Made by a program: the position numbers and the translations under genes. The notes beneath the pieces were generated by a model, which did not search any database, was not told the DNA's origin, and worked only from the letters and a program-made list of their open reading frames with translations. Positions 25,546 to 36,129 of a stretch of 54,193 nucleotides of DNA are shown here, one piece after another. The first letter of the stretch is position 1. Every line of letters begins with the position of its first letter. The DNA comes from Veleropilina oligotropha (taxonomy: Eukaryota): positions 248,001-302,193 of the forward strand of contig JBEUKZ010000129.1 of NCBI GenBank assembly GCA_048128005.1. Reading direction: 5' to 3'.

Positions 25546-26058
25546 AAAACCATTGCAAAAGTGTATACATAAATAAAATATGATTTTAATAACCTAATAC
25601 ACCCGTTTTTAATGTAAGAAAATAATCCCATGTGGTCTAACTAAAATTATGGGCAGTTAGAACACGGGCCAAGACAATAACATGACATCACAAAAAATGG
25701 TTTAACACCGGATTTGATAATCGTTGTAGTTGGTACGTGGGGTTCCAGTTAATATTGCCCTCAGTACGTTATACGCTTCAATGGGCCATTGCTCTCCAGT
25801 TTGGCAAAATATAATACAGTATCCTAGTGGATGATTGCAGGGAATGTTGCTCGAGTTGTCCTGGATGCTAGTTATGTAATTGCGGTTAAGCATCTGACTT
25901 AGATACAGTACATGAATCGATTTGTCATTTTACAAAGACATCATTCTGTTTTCCGTTGGCGCAATACACGTTGCTGCCTTCAGCTAAAGTGGAGACATGT
26001 GGAAAATATAATTATTTCTGCATACAGACAAATATCAGGTATGAGGGAGTTATTTGCC

Positions 26059-26600
26059 AACTAGAATTAGTTGAGACACGAATGCCCTCGCTGGCAGCCT
26101 TGAGTTAGGGGCAGCAAATATCGTTTAGTAGAATTATTTACAGACAACCAATGGTTTTCAGGATGGAGGACGGTTGCGGCGAAAGGAAATGACCTTGTCC
26201 ATGGGTATATGGGCGACATGGGTGGGTCGCCGAAAGGAAGTATGAATGATGATAAGCAAGTGTATGGAGTATCAAGTCAATCCATGAAGGCAGATGGAAG
26301 TTATAACATAATGGAGTTACTTGCACGCAAATACTGGTTCGAAGAGCTAAGTCATTTGACCTAGACCTTGGGCATAGGGGCGACATGAATAGGTTGCAAA
26401 AAGAAAGTATGAATGATGATAAGCAAGTGTATGAAGTATCACGTCAATCCATGAAGGCAGATGGAAGTTATAACATAAAGGAGTTACTTGCACGCAAATA
26501 CTGGTTCGAAACGGTAAGTCATTTGACCTTGACCGTGTGCATAGGGACGACATGGGTGGGTCGCAGAAAGGAAGTATGAATGATGATAAGCAAGTTTATT
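26059..26600 (+). mobile_element. HINE-like element with ~165-180-bp tandem units
   Basis: AACTAG start; repeated gaagtatgaatgatgataagcaag / catttgaccttg units. Confidence 0.55.
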
Positions 26601-26954
26601 ATATGCCAGTCGTTTTCTGACGCCTATTCTCGCGCAGTTTTCCGAGACCCTGTATCACGGACACGGCTGATAACCTTTCAGAAAACGTCTCCTGCTTATA
26701 TATGCACAAGAAACCGTCTCCTGCTTATATATTCAAGGAACTACTTACAAAGCAGTCACGTGTCAAAACACAGCTGTTCACATTCAATAACGATCTGAGT
26801 GGACAGAGGCAGACGTCATTTGATTAAAATACCATAGATGAAAATACTATAGAGAAAAATGTACAAAATTAGAAATTAATTATTATATATTAGAATAAAA
26901 TGATGTACATGTATGCAAAAAATAATTATTTATAAGACTTACTTGCACAGATTA

Positions 26955-27110
26955 ATTAGCAGTACGCCACTAACGTCGAGAATGCGTGCCCCATTTGGGC
27001 GTACAACTGCACAGGGAATACAAACGGTAGCGACCAGACGATCTTCAGAACTCACGGAAATACCCCTTTTATCTGTCCATAAACCACGCTAGAAAAGCTG
27101 CTGGTAATTT
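26955..27110 (+). mobile_element. Short CR1-like LINE RT C-terminal remnant
   Basis: Plus-strand pieces VENACPIW and IQTVATRRSSELTEIP resemble CR1 LEYACPVW..VQRRATRLVPELR. Confidence 0.45.
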
Positions 27111-27774
27111 GTAGAAATCTCAACCTCTTGGCGAAGGCAGTATCCGTAATGGTAATATGCGATTATTCTCAACATTGCGCCCGGCACATTACCGGGAGAA
27201 GAAGATATAACAAATGGCGGTCTTCATGGCAGGAAAACAAATCACGAGCTCACGTACGTTCCGAAGTCCTCCCGTACCATATACATAACAGTCCCGTTCC
27301 AGTCAGTCCTCGAAGCAGCATTCAAATGTCCTTATACACCTGCACTTTCAGCATAGCCATAACAATTAATTCAACTCTATAAACGAACACGTCTGACCAC
27401 GTCACTTGTTTGTTCCTTGTTCATTCGCCTAAGAAATAGTTCCCATTTAATCGCCTTAATTTAGATTCACGAAAAGCGATAGATGGTAAATAATTAGTTA
27501 AATATTATATAAATGTTATTTCTAATACATGTCAGAAAATTTTTTGCTTATAAATGTGTTGTTGTAAAATATACGGCACAACGCAAATTGTTGGCTGGCC
27601 TACTGTCAAAATAGACGTAGTAAGTTTCATTCATACAAACCGCATAACATATATACTGTTCCACGTTGTCATATAGTTCACGTTATTTAAATTAAACCGA
27701 CAATTTCTTCACATAAACTGGCTTGTATTTTTTCGTATAATAATTGACAGGATTGATTGTGGCATATAATAAAA

Positions 27775-27943
27775 ATGTTATCAGTATTGTGTGGATTCTG
27801 TCACCTCGGAAACCTCTCGTGAGGTCGTAGTTTTTGCTGCGGATTAATCCGCTCGAACTTCGTTCTCGCGATTAATCCGCCGCAAAAACTACGACGTCAC
27901 TCGAGGTTTCCGAGGTGACAGAATCCACACAATACTGATAACA
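27775..27943. repeat. Long near-perfect palindrome (~75-bp arms)
   Basis: atgttatcagtattgtgtggattctgtcacctcggaaacctc ... gaggtttccgaggtgacagaatccacacaatactgataacat. Confidence 0.9.
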
Positions 27944-28079
27944 TCATTGTATGGAGTATCAGTCAATCCATGAAGGTAGTTGGAAGTTATAGCAGAATGG
28001 AGTAAATTGTTACTTGTACGCAAATACTGGTTTTCGGGACGGGGACGAGACGGAACGGGACGGACCGACAAGGGTACAT

Positions 28080-30592
28080 GTCCTAGACAACCAGTGATGA
28101 GGCGACATGTGTTGTTGATGGCTGGGCCAATATTTTTGCTTGGACTGATCTTTCCCAGGCAGGGCATGCATATCTGCATTTGAGGCAGGTCATCGTAGAC
28201 TGGCTGCGCTGGTGCCCCATCGTGTTCCATGCAGTTGAGGCAAGTGGTCGTAGACTGGCTGGGATGCAGCCCCATCGTGTTCCATGCAGTTGAGGCAGGT
28301 AACTGTAGACTAGCTGGGATGGAGCCCCATCGTGTTCCATGCAGTTGAGACAGGTGATCGTAGACTGGATGGGGTGGCGCCCCATCGTGTTCCATGCAGT
28401 TGAGGCAGGTAACCGTAGACTGGCTGAGATGGTGCCCCATCGTGTTCCTTGCCGTTGAGGCAGGTAATCGTAGACTGGTTGGGATGGCGCCCCATCGTGT
28501 TCCATGCAGTTGAAGCAGGTAATCGTAGACTGGCTGAGCTGGTGCCCCTTCGTGTTCCATGCAGTTGGGGCAGGTAATCGTAGACTGGATGGGATGGCGC
28601 CACATCGTGTTCCATGCAGTTGAGGCAGGCAATCGTAGACTGGCTGAGCTGGTGCCCCATCGTGTTCTATGCAGTTGAGGCAGGTAATTTTAGACTGGCT
28701 GAGCTGGTGCCCCATCGTGTTCCATGCAGTTGAGGCAGGTGATCGTAGACTGGCTGAGCTGCGGCGCCCCATCGTGTTCCATGCACTTGAGGCAGGTGAT
28801 CGTAGACTGGCTGGGATGGCGCCCCATCGTGTTCCATGCAGTTGAGGCAGGTAATCGTAGACTGGCTGGGATGGCGCCCCATCGTGTTCCATGAATTTGA
28901 GGCAGGTGATCGTAGACTGGCTGGGATGGCGCCCCATCGTGTTCCATGCAGCTAAGGCAGGTGATCGTAGACTGGCTGGGATGGCGCCCCATCGTGTTCC
29001 ATGCAGTTGAGGCAGGTGGTCGTAGACTGGCTGGGATGGAGCCCCATCGTGTTCCATGCAGTTGAGGCAGGTAATCGTAGACTGGCTGGGATGGAGCCCC
29101 ATCGTGTTCCATGCAGTTGAGGCAGGTGATCGTAGACTGGCTGGGATGGCACCCATCGTGTTCCATGCAGGTGAGGCAGGTGATCGTAGACTGGCTGGGA
29201 TAGCGCCCCATCGTGTTCCATGCAGTTGAGGCAGGTGATCGTAGACTGGCTGTGGTGGCGCCACATCGTGTTCCATGCAGTTGAGGCAGCTAACCGTAGA
29301 CTGGCTGAGATTGTGCCCCATCGTGTTCCATGCCGTTGAGGCAGGTTATCGTAGACTGGCTGGGATGGCGCCCCATCGTGTTCCATGCAGTTGAAGCAGG
29401 TAATCGTAGACTGGCTGAGCTGGTGGCCCTTCGTGTTCCATGCAGTTGGGGCAGGTAATCGTAGACTGGCTGGGATGGCGCCCCATCGTGTTCGATGCAG
29501 TTGAGGCAGGCAATCGTAGACTGGCTGAGCTGGTGCCCCATCGTGTTATATGCAGTTGAGGCAGGTAATCTTAGACTGGCTGAGCTGGTGCCCCATCTTG
29601 TTCCATGCAGGTGAGGCAAGTGATCGTAGACTGACTGAGCTGGTGCCCCATCGTGTTCCATTCAGTTGAGCCAGGTGATCGTAGACTGGCTGAGCTGGTG
29701 CCCCATCGTGTTCCATGCAGTTGAGGCAGGTGATCGTAGACTGGCTGAGCTGGCGCCCCATCGTGTTCCATGCAGTTGAGGCAGGTGATCGTAGACTGGC
29801 TGGGATGGCGCCCCATCGTGTTCCATGCAGTTGGGGCAGGTAATCGTAGACTGGTCGGGATGGCGCCCCATCGTGTTCCATGTATTTGAGGCAGGTGATC
29901 GTAGACTGGCTGGGATGGCGCCCCATCGTGTTCCATGCAGCTGAGGCAGGTGATCGTAGACTGGCTGGGATGGCGCCCCATCGTGTTCCATGCAGTTGAG
30001 GCAGGTGATCTTAGACTGGCTGAGCTGGCGCCCCATCGTGTTCCATGCAGTTGAGGCAGGTGATCGTAGACTGGCTTGGATGGCGCCCCATCGTGTTCCA
30101 TGCACTTGAGGCAGGTGATCGTAGACTGGCTGGGATGGCGCTCCATCGTGTTCCATGCAGTTGAGGCAGGTCATCGTAGACTGGCTGGGATGGCGCCCCA
30201 TCGTGTTGCATGCAGTTGAGGCAGGTGATCGTAAACTGCTGGGATGGCGCCCCATCGTGTTCCATGCATTAAGTTTGCTGACAAAGTTGTCTCTTGCAAA
30301 GACGTTAGCATCCGTCTCTAAACATGGGCCTTGAGGCAGATGCAACTATCTAGAGTCCCAGATAATATTGAGTGATCAAGAGGAGTGCCAGACCAGGTGA
30401 CGTTTAAACGGTTGGCGTGTAACTTCTAGGTTGCGGAGATGGAAAGCACACACCTGTGTATTTGATTGATTTGCACGAAAGTGGTTCGCTTCGTTGTAGG
30501 GTGTAAGTTCATTAAGAGCATTTGACAGTCATTCTTCAACAACACTGAAGTCCCTGTTTGCGGCGTTGCGCCAAGTTCATCTGCATAGGCCT
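28080..30592 (-). mobile_element. Ingi/Vingi-like LINE RT remnant split by a satellite
   Basis: Right part reads YADEL..LSNALNELTPYNEANHFRANQSNTQVCAFHLRN..WSGTPL; left part reads YACPAWERS..PAINNTCRLITGCL. Clade assigned from recalled motif style. Confidence 0.75.
28180..30268. repeat. 55-bp tandem satellite, about 38 copies
   Basis: Unit gcaggtgatcgtagactggctgggatggcgccccatcgtgttccatgcagttgag; no unique spacers. Confidence 0.95.
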
Positions 30593-30777
30593 ATATATAT
30601 AAAGTTATGGTAGCCGTGTTAGTCCAATGGGCTATCGGCACACCACAGCCGCCGCTAGATGGCGCGCAAGTAAATGAAGACACCCACTGTCAGGAACGAG
30701 GAAGTAGCCAGTGTTAGAATTACGGCATCGCGCACACTTCGAAAAGCTTTTACAACGATTTATATAAGTATTTGCCA

Positions 30778-32100
30778 ATGCCTGCTCATTGCTGCGTCCC
30801 TAGTTGTGTTGGGAAAGGTGGACATCGCTTCCCAGTCGACGACACGCAGAAAAAACGATGGATTCAGGCCGTTAAACGTGGTGAACATCGCTGGTCGCCA
30901 AAACCGTGGACGACTGTCTGTACTGCGCACTTTGATCGAAACGATTACGTATCGTTAACAAATGAAAGTAAGTTACATTTTAAACTATAGACTTCACAGA
31001 GTACATTAATAATTCTTGGTTATGATCTTTCATCTTCATTATCAGTATTATTTTATTCCGAAACTTCCAGTGAAAAATAGTCAACCACTTCCAATATTTA
31101 AGTGATATACGGGAAATACATCGTGGGGATTTTAATAGCACGTGTTTTTTTTCAAAAAGGTCAATTTTTCTAATCAGTGTTATCTTACTTTCCAGAGGAT
31201 ACTCCTATTCATCAGCGCTTGAAAAAGGATGTTGTCCCGCATATTTTTGGATGGACTGTGAAACAAACTACCAGTGAAGAGTGCAGGAATATTCGAGCAA
31301 GAAAAAGACTTCGGACCGAGTTATTTCCTTCACAAGTCGGCATAAATGGTTGGACAAACATTGGTGCTGAGACGACAATATCACAAGTAGATGTGCCTTC
31401 CACAGACAGTATCGGTACGGAAGGTAAATATCAGTTTATTTTTCGATACTCTAATTTAGGTTATTATGCCCCGAAAGGTTGATGGCTTGTTGATTCCCAT
31501 AAAGGCTGAGTTTTCAGTATTGATTGTCTGTAATATACTTATATTAGAAAGAAATATGTTTGTGTTGTTTACAATCAGACCTGTATTTGGTTTGATTTGA
31601 AGCATTGTTTATCGACTCTTTAACAGCTATGGTTGTATTAAGACATGTCCATATTAACTTGGCAGGAAAGCTTGTATATTTATCCAAGAAACCCCACCCA
31701 TCCCTGGCCAGCTATGGTTGTATTAAGACATGTCCATATTAACCTGGCAGGAAAGATTGTATATTTATCAAAGAAACTCCACCCATCCCTGGCCAATGTG
31801 ACTTAACTAAACTCGGGAATGTTTTCTATCTAGCCGGAACCAGCACATGCAGGACGAGTGAATTTGATGCAGCAGCTATATACTCACCCACATCCATTAA
31901 TCTTGGGAGTCCTTATAAATATGTTATTCCATGTTATTTATTTTTCAGATTCATCATTTTCTCAATTTGACACAGAAATCTCAGTGACCCATGACATGCA
32001 GTCGCAGACAACATTTTCAAGAGGATTTTCTGCTAGAGATAACATTTTTGACAAACGGCGATTCCACTTCAATACAGGAATGGAGGATTATGAATTATGA
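30778..32100 (+). pseudogene. Truncated THAP-domain transposase (exons 30778-30967, 31196-31423, 31949-32100)
   Basis: MPAHCCVPSC..HRFP..W..VCTAHF + LKKDVVPHIF (C2CH THAP with AVPTIF-like box); later FHFNTG (FYTG-like), then stop; no DDE domain left. Confidence 0.8.
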
Positions 32101-32472
32101 TTATAAAAAGGCCCTAAATTTGAGTCCGACAATTTTTCACGAACCATGTTACAGTATTTAACCAAAATGGCAACAATATCCCTAATAATCAAGCTTACTT
32201 CTATACCAGGAATAGTTATATGTCGAAGAATGTGCGGGTAATATAATTATATAATGCCAGCATGCCCAGTAATCGTATCTTTGACAATTAGCAAATAGTA
32301 ATTTGTGATCTTTTATAATCAATAATTTATACGGAAGTGCATTCTAATAATTAACACGAAACATTAAATTAAGATTAATCATTTCAAATTCTGAATTGTT
32401 AGCGTATTAGCAAAGAAACAAGAAAAGGTATCAATCTGAACCCGGATAATTTAACCGATAATTTATACTTAC

Positions 32473-32585
32473 CGATCTACGAGGCTCTTCTTCTTCCCAG
32501 TTACCAATAACTTTCTCTCCCGAAGAAGAATTTTTAATTCTTCGAGCGTTTTTAAAGAATATCTATTCGTCAGGTTTGCATCCAT
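32473..32585 (-). pseudogene. First exon of the element's second ORF, SAP-domain-like
   Basis: MDANLTNRYSLKTLEELKILLRERKLLVTGKKKSLVDR followed by a gtaagt donor; matches the SAP pattern LxxxELKxxLxxRxLxxxGxKxxLxxR. Confidence 0.6.
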
Positions 32586-35500
32586 GATATTAACTTAGCG
32601 TGTTGCTTCCAAGCGATAAAATGTGCCCCAGGCAATGTGACTGCGGACAATATAGACGCGCAAGCTACCGGATGTCTTACTCTTCAGTGGCGCCCCCTAT
32701 TGGTAGTAGTACCGCCGATAGCCCATTGACAAATGATAGAATTACTGATGGTACTTTTAAGACTAACGTAAAGATATTAAATTTCCAAGCTTTCGAGGAC
32801 ACAGCCTCTTCCTCATGGAATACAATAAATATATGAAAAGTAATAGACGTAACGCTACAGATCGTGACTAGATAGAATGACGTCATGCGGAACAACAGGC
32901 AGAATTAGTTAGCGACCGAATAACATTAGCTGTAATGCGCCATAAAACCGTAATCTTTGTTCAGTCCTTGTTCCACCAGATTCAATTTTCGAATGATAGT
33001 CTGTTCTATTTCTCGTTCCAGACGATTTTTAAAAGGGTTTTTTGAGCTAATGGCGAATTTCATATCTCGTACGGTGTGTCCATGAAGATTATTATACGTT
33101 AACACTAATGTTCTTTGTGAAATTTCTTTGACTTTGCATTTCAGAAGATGTTCCCTAGATTTATTATTAGCACGTTTTATTTGTTGGGTTACCATTTATT
33201 TTATTGTAGTTTAGTTTTACACAGTTCTTTTGTAATTGTTGAAGTTTATTGCCCGTATCAGCAGCATCGGAACATATGCGGTTATATCTTATCGCTTGGC
33301 TGTACTTTGTAGTATGTTGCGGATGGAAGCTAGATGCGATTAAAGAGTAACATTTATCTGTTGATTTCTGATAGAGAGTTGTTTCAATTTTCCGTCCTGA
33401 ATTTTGACAGTTGTATCCAAAATGTTCACCTGTTCACTTGAATAATCGATGGTGAATTTAATTGTAGGATGGAAATTGTTAAAGGCTGTGTAGAATTCGT
33501 CGAGGGCTTGTTTGGCATGTGTCCAAATTAAAAAACATCATCAATGAATCGGATGTAAAGAAGTGGCTTTAAAATCCTGGAATTGATGAATCGACTTTCC
33601 ATGTCAGACATAAATATATGGCGTATTGTGGGGCCATTCGAGTTCCCATAGCTGTGCCGTTGATTTGAAGGTACAATGTTTCATCAAATGTAAAACAATT
33701 ATGTGTCAAAACGAATTCCGAAAGCGGGCATGCATGACTCGTTCACTTCTTGTCTGGTATATTGTTGCGAATAGCTATACCATCAGTGTGGGGGATATTG
33801 GTGTATAGAGATTTGACATCGAGTGTAGCGAGCAAAGCGTTATCAGGCAGAGTATCAATGTCTTTTAGTTTGCAGAGGAATTCAGTGGTGTATTTGATGT
33901 AACTAGGGAAATTGATGACCAAAGGGCTGTAACAATTTGTCAACAAATCCAGAGGCTCCCTCTGCATAAGAATTTGCACGAATTCCTTCCATGATATGTG
34001 GCGAATACCTGCGTAATATGTTGTAGAGGTCTTTTGTGTGCGTTACAGTGGGATCTGTTTCGAGGCGGGTATAGAACGATTCATCTGAGAGTTGACGGTG
34101 TGCCTCGTTCTTGTAATCGATCATATTCATAATGACGGTAGTGCCACCGTTATCAGCAGGTTTGATAATAACATATGGGTTACATCGCAATTTATTTATG
34201 GCTGCACGTTCCACAGGTTTCAAATTATGGATGAGTTTATGTTGTTTGCACAGAATTTCAGAGCTTACACGCTTTCTGAAACAATTAATTTACATGTCCA
34301 ATTTCGTATTTCGATTATCCGGAGGTGTCCATGAAGATGTACTTTTAACTTGCTGACGAAATGAAGGTAATGTAGTGTGTTCCTCACATGAGGTGGGAAT
34401 TTTGCTAAGTTGTTCAAGTTTGAGATTTTCGCATTTCACCGACGACTTACAGTTACTGTTGAATTCTTTAAGACGAAGCCGTCTGAAGAATTCTTCCAGA
34501 TCTCCGCACAATTGTATTTTATCAAGTGGTACAGTGGGACAGAAAATAAGGCCGCGGGAGAGGACGGAACGTACAATGGGAGATGGTTCGTAGCATGAGA
34601 TATTAACAACAGTGTCAACATGTGCATTGTTTATTCTATCATTACCTTGTTGAAGATTCATAAGCTTAAATCTTGCTCCTAATATTCTTCGACTCACTTA
34701 ACTGAATTCGGTAATGTTTTTCAGATTCGTTATGTATACTACTTAGTTCTTGCGTAGACACATCTGCAATAGCGACAGATTCCGACAGTTCATTCTTGAT
34801 GTTTTGCTGCTTAGAGCACACGTATTAGATGGTTTCGTAATTTCTCGAAAGAATTTTGAAAAGATAGTCCTTGAAAAATCCCTGTTGTAGGTTCTTCCAA
34901 GTGGATTCTTAATCTGTAGTCCCTTGGGATTGATGCTATTTCGTCGGCATTCGGACAGGAACAGGAGATCTCTCTAAACTTTAGCCAATTTCTTTCTGAT
35001 GTTGATGATATTCCACTGTAGACGGCTAAATATCGTGCCTGACATGTTTATAGAAAGTTATAATAGCCGTGTTAGTCCAATTGACAAATTATAGAATTAC
35101 TGATGGCACTTTTAAGACTAACGTAAATATATTAAATTTCAAAGCTTTCGAGGACAATGAGATATGAAAAGTAAAAGGCATAACGCTACAGTTTGTGACG
35201 TAGATGGAATAAAATTGGTCAAGCATTTTGATTTGGATTTGATTTGATCGCTGCTTTATCTCTGTATATTTACAACCTTTATATATGTTCTATTCAGGAC
35301 ATGTATATTTTGCCACGGGAGGAAAGTCCGGTTGCCCAATAAAGGCAACCCTCTCCAGCCAGTTATGAACATATCTGATTGGTGATTGAAGAAAGAATGT
35401 CATTGCCCCAACCGAGGTTTGAACTCATTTATGTTAGTCAGAGCAGTCAAGCCAGTGATTGCAGAGGTGGAAATTGATACCACACGACTGTAAGCATCTC

Positions 35501-35953
35501 TAATGTTAGCACGTTTATCAACTCGGATCGATGGTAGCGTATATATTATCCAGCGAATGATTTTTTGCCGGTATTTTACATGTTTTTACAAACTTTCATG
35601 GTTTCGTCAATATATAAAACTGAAGAGGCTCTCAATATGGCCTTGGCGAATAATGTCGACAATAAAAGCATTCAAGTAAGGTAACATAATTGCTAAACGT
35701 TGTCAAATTATAGAATATTTCTTATATAACGTTGCGTATTTTTCACGAGGCGCTGCATTAAGCAGCTCACGTGACATACCTGTTGACGTCACTGTCAGCT
35801 GTCAACAATCAATACCCGTTATTAGCAGTTGAGAGGCGACATGCATATATATGTATAAACATTTACGCCCCGATCAAGACAAAAACGCATCATGCTAACG
35901 TCACGCTTGGGCGGAATTTCGTAGCATGAGTTTACTTTCATTTATGCGAAACC

Positions 35954-36129
35954 ATGGCAGAAAGGCCCGTTGTCAAACTAAATGTTGGCGGAATGTTTTA
36001 CACCACAACCAGACAAAATCTTTGCCAATATCGAGAGTGCATCCTCGGCCAAATTGTTACCGGGAAATTATCATGTCCTCGAGATGAGAGAGGCAGCTAC
36101 TTCATAGACCGGGATGGCCCCATATTCAG
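35954..36129 (+). CDS. KCTD exon 1
   Basis: MAERPVVKLNVGG..FIDRDGPIF, 176 nt, donor gtaata; absent from the ORF track. Confidence 0.9.

Larger units (their letters stand above)
30629..32724 (+). mobile_element. ISL2EU-like DNA transposon, internally deleted (THAP transposase 5' part + opposite-strand SAP-like ORF start)
   Basis: TIR GGGCTATCGGC / GCCGATAGCCC with AT target duplication; the empty site agtccaattgac is seen at ~35073. Confidence 0.8.
30601..35210 (-). mobile_element. Penelope-like retroelement (Neptune-like), frameshifted, with direct terminal repeats
   Basis: Minus-strand motifs FLSECRR..PKGL, LSRGLIFCP, IIKPADNGG, LDVKSLYTNIPH, TAMGTRMAP, YIRFIDDV, FHPTIKFT, YSQAIRYNRICS and C-terminal GLNKDYGFMAHY. 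Repeats at 30601-30628 + 32725-32880 and 35053-35210. Confidence 0.9.

Noticed and set aside
28180..30268. CRISPR array or repetitive protein gene (ORFs up to 412 aa)
   Set aside because: Contiguous 55-bp units without unique spacers, no cas genes, eukaryotic context; the ORFs are a by-product of a stop-free unit.
30772..32100. Host THAP transcription factor gene
   Set aside because: Lies inside TIRs with an AT TSD and has a transposase-like continuation; best read as a truncated transposase.
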